Both the position numbers and the translations under genes were made by a program. The notes under the pieces are model-generated. The model did not search any database. It saw nothing but the letters and a program-made list of their open reading frames with translations, and was not told the origin of the DNA. A stretch of 64,000 nt of DNA, from positions 33,170,001 to 33,234,000 of the forward strand of contig NC_086386.1 of assembly GCF_036588685.1 (NCBI RefSeq). The letters are read 5' to 3'. Positions 51,953 to 64,000 of the stretch are shown here, piece by piece. This DNA is from Mytilus trossulus (taxonomy: Eukaryota). Each line of letters begins with the position of its first letter. The stretch's first letter is position 1.

Positions 51953-53239
51953 TTTTCTAAATGCTGAAGTGATTTTGTTTCTGTATGAACTAGTTACTGC
52001 AAATTAAGAGATTATGATTTTTGCATAAAACAACCACACATTTTTGAGACGGAAGACAATGGAGAATCTTTTATACCTTTAGTTTTATGACTTTAATGGA
52101 TTAGTTTTGGGAATATTTGATGTTCCTTCTTAATAGAAAATAATTGCTTTGTATTTGGTTAATGCACAACCTTTATGCTTTCATATAATTGCCGTTTAAT
52201 CAGAAAATGTATTAGATAATGGAACATCTAAGGATAGCTAGTACAGCTACATTTCTAAGATGTACATGAAAAGTCAACTTAAATGTCAATGAGGGGTTCA
52301 ATTTGTAAAGGTATGGAAATATTACTTCTTGAAGTAACATTGGATTGCATACATTTTTTTGTACTTATCACAACGAGAACAAACATAAAAAATAAGCTGT
52401 GAATTTTTAATTTATATTTCATTTAGATTAGTTCAAAAATGTCTTTTTTTTTTTGGGGGGGGGTAAGATAATATCAGGTGATGTAAAGGTGCGCAGTTGA
52501 GTTTATTTTAAAGATCAGTTCCTGCCAAATGATAAGTACCGATTTTCAAGTTGTCTGCATATTGATAATATAACTTGAAGGTGTTTGTATGTGTGCACAG
52601 TGACCGAGATTAAACAAATATTCATATTGTGTCGAGGAGCTATTATTAAACTATAAAGTATGATGAAAAAATGATTTATTAGATTGTGTATGTGTATTCA
52701 TGTATTGCATTATAGGAACAAGTGTTCTTTTTTTTTTTAATTTCAACAGCTATCCGGAAGGTTACTTGATAGGTATGAATCAATTTCATCAGCGTCAGTT
52801 CTTTCATTATGACGCCGATGATTTATCCTGGTCAAAGTTATTTAGGCCGGGTTAACGTATATTTGACGATGTGATGTGCAATTTTACGAACAGCAAAAAT
52901 GGGTGGTCTAACAGAAGAAACATCGATAACATCAAACTTTGTCAAAATGACTTTAGATTTGTTTGTTATCAAATTGAAATGCTTTGCACTTTGAAGTTTT
53001 CTGTTAGGCATAATCATTTTTTTTTATAGATACTAAGATGTAACGTAATATTCAGTTGCAACACCGTGTGTAACAATCATTTTGTTTAGAATGATGATAA
53101 CAACATTGTATATTTTAAGCTTCGACGGCATTAATTGGTGATCTGATAATCGCAAATATTCGTTTTAAACTGAATTTTTTCATCATCAAATCCAAAATTG
53201 ATATCATAGAAGATTTATATACTGCTGTTGCATTGTCAT

Positions 53240-53640
53240 AAAATCACCCATTTATGAACAGAATTCCATAACTTGGAAAAAGTTCATTCTAAAATTTACA
53301 AAAAATCAAAAGGGAGCTTACGTCAACAGATATAAACAATTCACCAATATGTCACGAAAACTGCTGTAAGCTTTTGTAAGTTATTGATCTAAAACAGGAA
53401 AAATCTCAATTTCTAAATAATAAAACCCAACAACTCGAAAACGTAAAATCTAAAATTTGTAAAAATCAAAAGAGGGATCACATCAAGAAATATAGAATGA
53501 GACAAAGTTTTATACTAATTGGTTCAATTGATTTTGAGTTATTGTCCGACAAAAATGAGAAACGGACGGAGGGATAAATTTAAAACATACGGACAGACAA
53601 TGGTATACCATATAACGTTCATTAAATAAACGTATAAACA
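53240..53640 (-). mobile_element. Degenerate HINE-like element
   Basis: About 160-bp internal repeats (tctaaaattt...aaatcaaaag at 53289 and 53449), an acgg/acag microsatellite near 53561-53598, and a degenerate terminal hairpin. Confidence 0.45.
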
Positions 53641-55269
53641 GGGTACATTTAATATGCAAAGTTAAAACATGCTGATTATGAATAAAATATAAAAAAAAAC
53701 CATAACATTGATATTTATGATACACATTAAAGTCACCAAATTATACTGCAATATTGAATAGTTCACCTACCACCGACACCAGACTCCTCTGAATAAATTA
53801 ATCATGAAAACGAAGACAAAAGCATTCTCACAATAACATGACAATTTGATAAACACATGAAATGAAATATAATATTTCATTTCAAGTGTACATAAACTTC
53901 AAGACTAAATTTTCGACGAGTTGAAATCTAAAACCCAACAGTTTAAGTAAGTATACCTCTACATATGCAATCTTCATCAACAAAATTCTACAACTTGAAT
54001 GCGAAAAAAGAACATGATCAATCATAATTATTTTTCGCCCTAAATTCAAAAGCAAAAAACAATAGAAAAGGGGAGGGGGATGGTTGGGTTCATTTGTTAA
54101 AGTATTAGAGATACATTACAAAAACACAACTGCAAACGGTTTCTTTAACGGTCCAAAATGTGTCTGAATTTGAAATGTGCCGTAATTTCACAAAATATAT
54201 ATTGGATAAAATGTATGCAAATATTTCTTGACTCAAAAGTTGTTAATGTGCGAATGAAACGATATGACAACGGTAAATGTTTTCTTGAAACGAGGACCAT
54301 ATAGTCACACATTCTTACAGGTTAGTCACAGACGAGAGAACACTCTGTTTAATTACTATTTTATTGGTAGAAATAACATGTGTATACAAGAGTGAAATAT
54401 GTTTTAATTGATTTTATACATAGAAATTAGGAATACCAATGTACAAATAAACATATTTGTTTGCACGTATTAAATAATACTCGTATATGTGTGTTCTAAT
54501 GTTGACATGTAACTGTAGATAGTTATTAACATCGCGGTTTCGTGCGTATTAAAAAAATATAGTATCTAGTTACATGAACCTATTTACACCAGTAACATAT
54601 ATAGTTATGATTGACTATTTAAAAATACCGCGAGCAAGCAACAGGTATATCAATAAGATACTTGAACTTAAGAATAAGATTTGATTTCTATAGATCATTT
54701 TCTTTTCTGAAAGTAAGTGAAATGCAAGTATAAAAACGTTTATAATTTTATAGATAAGGCATGCAGGTGAAAAGTTTACACATTTTTCAATAATTTTTTT
54801 CAACTCTTTATAAAATGAAATTATGGTCGAAAATTCTGAAATTTAGGAATAGAAATTTCATTTCCGAACAAAAATATCAATCTTGTTTTAATGATTTTTG
54901 AGATTTACAGTTTATGTATATCGACATGAAAAAAATATAAAAATACTCTCCTATATAATGTTCATTTTCATAGTTCAACCTACTATATTGATAATATTTT
55001 CATATCTGGTAATGAGTTTTGACTGGAGATTTCTGCATATCTGATACAGTTAACATCATTATAAAAAAGCAAATAGCATTTCATTAATATACACAATCAC
55101 TTTTTACCAATAAATTATCAAAGTTGAATTATGTGCAAAAACTTTGTTTTTGTTTTCAAGGAGCTATACATCATATGCTGCATTCAACAAACAAATCAAT
55201 GCATTTGTAAACGTTTCGTTCTGAAATTGATGTTTCTATGGAACAAACGTGTTTGCCTAAATTTGACCT

Positions 55270-55632
55270 AGTAATCAGCACTTCGGTGTTGACATGAATA
55301 TCAATTATATGGTTATTTTTATAAAAGAGGGACGAAAGATATCAAAGGGACAGTCAAACTCATAAATCTAAAACAGACTGACAGCGCTAAATTTCTTGTT
55401 ACAAAACATTGAATTTAACGGGAAAAAAACTAAGGATAATCATATCCAAGGAAAAGATTACTTTAGCCGAAAAAGGAATATTTTTTTGGAATTTTGGGTC
55501 CTCAATGCTCTTCAACTTTGTAATTGTTTGGCTTATAACAATTTTGATCAGAGCCTCACTGATGAATCTTATGAAGACGAAACGGGCGTCTTGCGTTTTA
55601 AATTAGATTCCTGGTACCTTTAATAACTATTT
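55270..55632 (+). mobile_element. Retrozyme-like monomer with a short foreign insert (about 55323-55390) and a partly mutated hammerhead (55553-55596)
   Basis: Colinear with the family. CTGATGA and GAAAC are retained, but the stem II closing pair and the stem III palindrome are mutated. Confidence 0.68.
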
Positions 55633-56466
55633 GAAAACGGAGTGTGTACATATATTAGATTGGCAAACCATTGATCGTATTTTGAATTCTAAAAGGCATT
55701 ACCACATTTTATTAAATCAATGAATCGTAAATATCTTTCTGATATCAATGCACATTTACTTTATAATTAAAATAGGCCATGCCTGTAAATAGAAAATTAA
55801 ATTGATAATAATCAAATTAAAAATATTGTTAAAGACATTTAAGTCGCTCTCGTCCTGAGCGACATTATTTTGAAAGATAAATGTACTCCATTTACTGATG
55901 TATAGGAAGCCACAATAATTCTGATATCAACCATGTCAGCGAGAACTTCAAAATAAACATATGTGTAAAAGATCGAGCTAATACAAACATTCAAGTTTAT
56001 AAAGCAGAAATAAATATCGACGATATGTACTTTCTAATTAATTTTCCCAGTTTAATGTACAAACGAAACAGTTAGTATCTTAGCAGTTGAATAGTTTTTC
56101 ATAAAATGTCATTGATAGTTATGGAAAAGCTTAACTATTCTGTTTGCACTTCGCAATGCGTTCTACATCGTGATTTAAATACCAACATATGTGTGTAAGA
56201 GGATATTTAAACGACTGAATAAAATGTATTTTAAACACCATTTAAAAGCACATTGAGCGCACTAATTGACATTTTTAATGACAAAAAAGATTCAATTGTG
56301 GAGTAATTAAAACAACAGATGGATTATCGCACACCGGGTGACAATGAGGAAGTGTATTAAGTATCCAGAGAAATAAGATACATTATAGTATAGGTAGAAA
56401 CAACATGTGGATGTCGACATAGTTTAACATTGGGATGTTCTTATTTTTATTCTTAATGTTAACACA

Positions 56467-57545
56467 ATGACAACAAACAACATCATTACATCTGTTAGTC
56501 TGTTTACAAATGAAATATTTGAGAATTCATCCTCTGCAACAGAAACACTCTTAGACAACAGATCTACAGTGGATTTCTCTACTGTTGCTACTATTTCAAA
56601 GTTAGATGATGAAATTTCTAGCATTGACAATGTAACGAACTGGATATGGATAATAGGTTCACCCATAGTGTTCATTCTTGGAATAATTGGAAATAGTGGA
56701 ATAGTACTAGTTTTATATCGAATGAATAGATGGAAAAAGTTGACGTACAAGTTAATTTTGACATTAGCTATATCCGATTCGGTTGTACTGTGTATTGGAC
56801 TTGGACGACAATGGCTTCGATTTGCTTTAGATATAGACATAAGACTGTTTTCAGATTTTGGGTGCAAATTTTCTGTCTTTCTCATATATTTTTCAATGCA
56901 TTTTTCCTCATGGACTTTAGTTTGCGCTACGTTTGAAAGATATCTGAAAACAAGACATCCATTTCGTACATATTGTGTAAATGTTTCGAAAATTTTAAAG
57001 ATAACTTATGTGTTCATTATTGTCCTAACATTGGGACTTGACTTTCCACTTCTTTTAACGAATGAACTTAAGATTAACACAGATAACAGTCGAACTTGTA
57101 ACAATACGTCAATAGAAACCTCAAATTATGAAGAAAAGTATTTTGTTTTTATCGACTTCGCATGGTTATGCTTCATTCCCTTTGTTTTAATGACGTTTAT
57201 GAACTTTTTTGTTGGCAGAACAATAAGAAGATCATTCCGACGTACAGTGAGATACATCCCAGATCCACAAAATCGTGAACGTCATTTGATTGGAAATAAA
57301 AAGTTAACTCGGATGATATTCTGGACTAGTGTATACTTTCTCCTCACAACATTACCTATATCAATACATTTTTGTGTGGACTCATTTCTAAAACCAGGTT
57401 CAACAAAAGAAACATCTGACAAAATTGATCTGTCTGAAGCAATTCTTTATTTATTCCAGTTTACAAATTACTCTGCTAATTTTTATATATACTGCAAATT
57501 TAAAGATGCCTTTAGAGAATACCTTCCTTGTAAAAGAAGATCAAG
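56467..57545 (+). CDS. GPCR6 exon 1: orphan 7TM receptor
   Basis: GIIGN, LAISD, GCK, TFERY, IPF, TTLP, NYSANFYIY. Donor AG|GTATGT at 57546, so the ORF extension to 57672 is probably intronic. Confidence 0.92.
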
Positions 57546-58624
57546 GTATGTCAGTTACTTATTCCATAATAGAACTAATCAACATAAGGAGCCAAATTTC
57601 AAACTAGTCTTTCTCGTGTGTAGTTCTCTCGCAAACGAAATAAATGTTTATTTAACAGTAACTAGACTCTAAAAAAGAAGACTTAATTGATCTACATGTC
57701 CACAAAAGTAAAACAAAATCCACTTCAAATGGAAATTTGAAATGATGTATTCAAACACTTAAAAAAAGGATAAAAAACGTTAAATATTGAATTTGTAATT
57801 CTTACAATGACATGGGTCGATTTAAATAATCACGTATGTATAAATAGCGAAATACATGTACATCACATAATACACGGTTTAAAAATTATTGACCCGGCGA
57901 ACAAGGGAGAGATGACATTGATATTTATTTGTCTGATTCTTTTGTCATAATATGATAAAAATTATATGTCTTTTCTGAACTATTACCAAGGTAAATTTCA
58001 ATACACCCTTTAATGTATTTAGGTCAAATGGTCGATTGTAATAAATGTAAAGAGATATTTTTTAATCATATTGCAGTTGATGGATATCAACTAAAATAAG
58101 ATGAGTATATAATTTCTTTATCGTAATATGCCTAACAATAATTTTTTTAAACTACTTCATAATGTGTCGGAATGAAATCGTAAAATTAAATTAATTAGAA
58201 AAATTGAAACACAATAAACTCTTCAAAGATATCAATTTAGTACGTCAATGTGCGTTTCATGTCCATAAGACTCATTAGCGGTACTCGAATTTAATCAATT
58301 ATGCATGTAGGACAAATCAAATATGATTTTGAGAAGCATTAAAAGTCAAAACAACCTTTACGTATTGATAGCTAAAGCGATATGCCGGTAGTATGAAAAA
58401 TATAAGTGTAACGAATAATTCAACAACAAAAAAAACCAGTCAATTTTCAGAAAAAAAACAACATTTCAATATAAAAAAATATGAAGATATTGTATTATTA
58501 CAAATGAGACACTTTGCCACCAGAGACCAAATTATATGGCACTTTACAACTATAAGTAACCGTACTGCCTTCAACAATGAGCAAAACAAATACCACATAG
58601 TCGGCAATACAAAATTTAGTTCAT

Positions 58625-58868
58625 TTCAATTATTTGTATATATTTCCTGTTTACAAAACTTTGAAATTTTCGATAAACTAAGGATATTCTTATCCCAGGA
58701 ATATATTACCTTAGCCGTATTTAGCATTTGAGTCGTCTTCGCTCTTCAACTTAGTATTTGTTTGGCTTTACAACTATTGTGATATGAACGTCACTGATGA
58801 GTCTTGTGTAGACGAAACGCGCGTCTGGCTTACTAAATTATAATCCTGGTACCTTTGATAACTATTTA
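58625..58868 (+). mobile_element. Partial retrozyme-like monomer inside the GPCR6 intron
   Basis: Colinear with the 6515-6897 family and ends ...ggtacctttgataacta. Confidence 0.72.
58788..58831 (+). ncRNA. Type I hammerhead ribozyme motif, core intact
   Basis: ACGUCA-CUGAUGA-GUCU(UGUGU)AGAC-GAAAC-GCGC-GUC-UGGCUU. Predicted cleavage after 58825. Confidence 0.82.
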
Positions 58869-59456
58869 TCACGGTGTATTTGATTCATAAAAGACCACCG
58901 TAACGAATCAGTTGTAGTAAACACTCATCAATGATACCATATTATATAACTGAAAGTAACGTTCAATAAATGAGATTTAGCAATTGAATAAACTAAAAAG
59001 AAAATAAAAATTACGAAACGAGTAGATTATGTGTGTGGGTCGCACGTGTATGTGGATGCATACCATTTCGCAACACATGAAATCATCTGTTTTTATGTGT
59101 TAAGTTTGTGTTGCTCCGTGTTCAGTTTTCTGTATTGTAATTTAAAGTCTGTTGTATTTCTTTTGATTATTTTTAGTAATGACAATGTCAGCTTTTCCTC
59201 GAATCATTATTTGGGAATTTCTCTATGGAATCATCTGTGTATGTTTTATATTAACTCATACTCAATAGATAACATATGTAATGTAAATTAGAGTCAACTT
59301 ACTAAAGTTATATCCAGTGTTATATATATGATAACCATTTTCCCCAATTAAAAAACAACCAAAAATAATCAAAGAAAATTGGAAGAACATACTTAAAGTG
59401 TTTTTACATAACATACATTTCTTCACTTTTTTAATTATAAAACATTTTAATTTCAG

Positions 59457-59604
59457 ATTTTCACTAGAAAGACAATCTCTTTCAGTTTCCAGAGGCAGCC
59501 GAGTGACGACAATAACAAATGCTGATTACCCTGTTGGAAACGGTTCGGTGCATGAATTTCAGGAAAATCTTAATCGTTCTGTGAATGAAACTCAGCTTTC
59601 TTGA
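59457..59604 (+). CDS. GPCR6 exon 2 (C-tail)
   Basis: Acceptor aatttcag at 59456, phase 2, reading FSLERQSLSVSRGSRVTTITNADYPVGNGSVHEFQENLNRSVNETQLS*. It shares RGSR with the GPCR5 tail. The joined protein is 408 aa. Confidence 0.72.
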
Positions 59605-60399
59605 GATGATGAATGTGAACATCATCATACACTTACTATTCCACTTAATGAAATAGAAACAAGTAGTGACAAGCTAAGAATGAAATAGATATATATGACC
59701 GTTACTGATAAGTCTTATGAAGACAAAACGCGCGTCTGGCGTATTAAATTAAAATCCTGGTACATTTGATAACTAATTGATGTACACCTCACATATTTCT
59801 TTTATTTATCTACTGGTATTAAAGGTATGTCTGGATATGGAATTGAAACGAATAGAGCCATGATAAGATGGGGTTATAGGAATGATTATGTAAAACAAAT
59901 GAATTGATTTCATTTATATACTGGTTTTAGATATACCCAGTCTTATATATGATTCAATAAATGGATTGTCAGATTTTAACTTATCTTAATTCATAACCCT
60001 CTGCAAACAGTGATTACTATTTAGGGGAAATCATAAAATTATTAAAAACATGATTAGTTAATCGTAAAGAAAGGTACGAATAATTATATATAACAAACAC
60101 TTAGACATCGATTATATAACTATGTTTTTGATCTTCATAATAATGTTTAATTAGACTACAAACTGATTATATTCGAGCTGTATTTATGAGTCGTATGTAG
60201 TCCAAGCGCATGTCCATTGTTACCACATCATAATTGTGGTATCTTTAATATGTTGTAGCTGTGCAAACTCTGCTATTTTATACTAAATGAAACACCATTT
60301 GGTTTTTGTTTATCGAAGATATAGTATTCGAGGAAACCATTAAATCTAAAAGATAACAACGAAAAAAAAACAAAAACAACCACACAATACAATGTATAA

Positions 60400-60833
60400 T
60401 TTGTCCTGATGTAAGAGAAATTTAACAGGACAAGCATTTTAAATGATAAATGAACGGGACAATTTTTTACCTATATAATTAACTGAGCCTTTGTTTTGAA
60501 CAGTTTGAGCGTATATGACAATACCTGTGGGGTGTACCAATTAAAATTCTGATATCTTTAACGTGTTTTAACTGTGCAACATATTGAATTTCATACTTAC
60601 GACACAAATGTCTTTCATTTGTTGGACGAATAAATAGTTTTCGGAAAAAACATTTTCCAAATTGTAAAAAAAGAAAAAAAAGGAAAAAACAACACAACAA
60701 TATATTTTTCCGGATGTAAGGAGAATGACACAGGACAGGCATTTTACGTGATAAAAATATGAGACAATTTTGCACCTGTATAACTAACCCAGTCTCTATT
60801 GTTCTCAATAGTTTAAACATATATGACAATACC
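60400..60833. repeat. Old direct duplication of about 125 bp (period about 307 bp)
   Basis: 60400-60525 resembles 60706-60833 (gatgtaag...acaggaca.gcatttta...tatatgacaatacc). Confidence 0.6.
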
Positions 60834-61044
60834 AGTAAGTTATTGTATTACATATGTGAAACACGATTATTCGATATGTAAACGCCTTATATCCGTAAAT
60901 GAAACTGATACTTAACGCAAATTCCAAAACAAAAGAAAAAGATTCTTAACTTTCCCACTATACATTTGCAATGTTTATTGGTTGAATGTCTATATAGTCT
61001 AATAATAATTTATGTTAATTTGTAAGCATATCATATGGGGTTTG

Positions 61045-61192
61045 TGTTGTTAATTCTTTAGTTTTCTATGTTGTGTCATGTGTACTATTGTCTGTCTGTT
61101 TGTCTTTTTTTCATTTTTAGCCATGGCGTTGTCAGTTTGTGTTAGATTTATGAGTTTGACTGTCCCTTTGGTATCTTTCGTCCCCCTTTTAT
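61045..61192 (+). repeat. Interspersed repeat (family C) 3' end
   Basis: gatttatgagtttgactgtccctttggtatctttcgtccc matches the reverse complement at 55323-55385. Weaker copies lie near 40266 and 49500. Confidence 0.6.
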
Positions 61193-63590
61193 AGAAATAA
61201 AATAAACGAAAATAGATATCATTAAAACGAACATCAAATAAATTATTCACACCTCTATGCAAACATTTTTACATATTTTTGTATCTCCTTGAATACAGTA
61301 CATTAAGAATGAAACAAAACCACACAGTATGAAATAAAAACGAGACATGAATAATTATCGACTACTTTTTCATTGTTTTTTCAAATCAATAATAAATTTT
61401 TAAATAAACAAACTTGAATACCAATTGGTAAGAATTCTTATTTCTTTTTGTGAACAGGACATAGTTGCTCTCAAAATTAGGACATTATCGAATCTTCATT
61501 ATATTTGCAACATAATTATAAATTAAAGCCTGACTTTTAGATCATTTGAATTGTAATTTACATTCGTGTTTACTTTCATGAGTTATCGTTTTCAATGGGT
61601 GCGCGTTATTGAATATATTAGGTCGATGTTGTTTTCGATTTTCGATACGATATACACAAATGTATGTTGTTAATTCATATTTTTGCAAACTATGGTTGTG
61701 ACTACAGTTCTACAAAAACAATTGTTTTCACATTAAGATAATTAAGTTAACTTCCATGAAAACATTTTTAAATAGTTCATGGAAAACAGATGGTTGCAAA
61801 CGTGGACAGAAATCTGATAACATGCATTTAATGTAATCAATACGATTGTATATACATACTTGTATTTGGAACAAAAAATCGTTCCTCATATTGTATTCAC
61901 ATTGGTACTGCAAACACGTAAGTAAGATTAGAACTATATGACTAAATAATGGTATACAATAATTTATCAATTTCTTTAAGGATCTACTAAACCGTTAGGT
62001 TAAAGTATGTCATCATTATGTTTAAAGCGTCCCCTCTCTCTCTCATTCTCTATCATGATTTTTTGATGCTCGAACAACCCGATGTCATTTATTTATAGAT
62101 TATCAATTAACGAGATTGAATTTCTCGTCTCAGCTGGGACCAGTGTTGATCTGTTTATAACTATCCTACCTCTGACGACGTTGTCAATTTTATTGTCAAA
62201 TTCATTGACAACGACATGCGCGCTTTTAGGTTCAATCGATAATTTTGTACCACTCTATTATGTTGAAAAGGGAAATTATCAGACATAAGATCAAAGGAAA
62301 ATTTTGTAAAATTGCAATAATATATAAAAACATAAATATAAACTATAGAAGAAATTCAATGCCTTCTAAGTGTATGCATGTACATTTCAATCCTCTTTAT
62401 AATTTGTGAAAAACCCTATTTTATTGATTGTAGAAATAACATAACATTTAATTGAGAAAAAAAATAGACTAACAGTGATTTAATTAAGGGTCATAGGATT
62501 CTTTATTCATCAATTCTACATCACATGCATTCATCTTACAATTACAATATATTTGTAATCTACAATATGAAATTTAACATGATGTTAAATAGACATAAAA
62601 AATCAATGGTGTCTAAACTGAAATACACATGAAATTAAGCTACATGCTATCCAGCGTATGCTCTCTAAATAGTTTAGTTTAGACTTTTAATAATTTTGAT
62701 AAATGTTTTACATTGTTATAAATCAAATATGAGAATTTAAGTCAAATCGATGAAGACGAATTTGACAACTAGTGCCCCTTAAAGATTGTTTTATGGAATT
62801 GATCAAAACATAAAATATATAAAATACGCTGTATGACCAGAAGTATGGTTTAAATTGTCATAGACTTCGAACTATATATAAAAAAACCTGTTAATTTATA
62901 CATATTCGACAGTTAAGACTTAACGCTTCCATGATTGACAGATGTTGTGTTCATACACATTGTATGCAAAATCATATTTCAAATTGTAAAACAGAAGAGT
63001 GGATGCAACCAAATACACATGGTATAGTGAATTTAAAGTAGTTCGTTTTGAACGTCGTTTGTGGCGTTTCATTGTGAACACTGCTTTATTTTTGTGATTT
63101 TACTTTTTACTGCATACTAGTCTATCAGAATTCGTTCTGTGATCGATCTTTTGATTTTGCCATGTGATTTAGGTTCTTTCCGTTTAGAAATTTTGCTCTG
63201 ATATTTTAGTTTTGTTACTTAACTGTTTTGATAATAAATTCTAAAAATTAATTCATCACAAATATTGAAATTGACACCTTATTTTTAATCATATGCAAAA
63301 TTTACGGTTTGTTATTTTTTATTCAAGATGTAACAAATTATTAGTTAGATATAGGAAGATGTGGTGTGAGTGCCAATGAGACAACTCTCCATCCAAACAA
63401 CAATTCAAAAATTAAACCATTATAGGTTAAAGTACGGCCTTTAACACGGAGCCTTGGCTCACACCGAACAACAAGCTATAAAGGGCCCCAAAATAGTTGT
63501 ATTTTTAAAAGATAGAATTGCTTCGATATACATTAACTTCAGCAACTACTATTCTTATATTTATTTATATATGTATTTCTCCAGGAAACA

Positions 63591-63676
63591 ATGGAGAAAT
63601 TATTGTTTGTCCTGATGTTCCTTGTACTTACCTACCAGGTTGAAGGATGGTGGGTCAGAATTAATCCCACTAAAAA
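63591..63676 (+). CDS. First coding exon of a secreted protein (signal peptide); gene continues beyond the window
   Basis: Acceptor ttctccag at 63584, ATG at 63591, reading MEKLLFVLMFLVLTYQVEG-WWVRINPTK, then donor GTAAGT at 63677. Hydrophobic core with a V-x-G cleavage pattern. Confidence 0.65.
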
Positions 63677-64000
63677 GTAAGTAACTGAATGTTTGATATA
63701 TACATATTTCAGTAGTCATACGAATATATATCTAAAAGGCTTTTTACCATTGGGTCAATTCTTTTGCTTGTGGATTGCATCCATAAATAATTTCGAATAT
63801 ATGATTCAATTTTACAGATTTTACCATAGGATTAGTAGCTTTCTTACAAAGGGTCCAACTGGTTCTCATACATTATGATTTGAAATTTGGTATCCATCTG
63901 CAAATGCATGATTGTTGAAGTAATACTCCAAACTGAAGTAGAAAATTTGAAAATGAAAATTGCAATAACGTTGTTTTTGTTTTGTCTCAAAGTTTGGCTC

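Noticed and set aside
57546-57672. C-terminal extension of the 401-aa GPCR6 ORF
   Set aside because: It follows a phase-2 donor at the family-conserved position and is most likely intron.

Overview
AT-rich eukaryotic genomic DNA with spliceosomal introns. The repeat content suggests a bivalve mollusc, probably Mytilus-like (inference, not verified). The window opens with the last three exons of a type II thioesterase (OLAH-like) gene. Its core is a cluster of six paralogous rhodopsin-class orphan GPCR genes. Each has the whole 7TM body in one exon, and five have a traceable phase-2 intron after helix 8 leading to a separate Ser/Thr-rich C-tail exon, so the ORF-track C-termini are intron read-through. 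One receptor has two intact copies of its tail exon, and the GPCR1/GPCR2 pair has lost four canonical activation and Na+-pocket residues. Intergenic DNA holds a 5'-truncated BEL/Pao LTR retrotransposon with an internal 1342-bp triplication and two Penelope-like RT fragments. It also holds retrozyme-like repeats carrying type I hammerhead ribozymes (two with intact cores), Helentron-type HINEs, long-palindrome elements and SINE-like repeats. The window ends in a signal-peptide exon of a secreted protein. All calls were made by eye; no searches were run.
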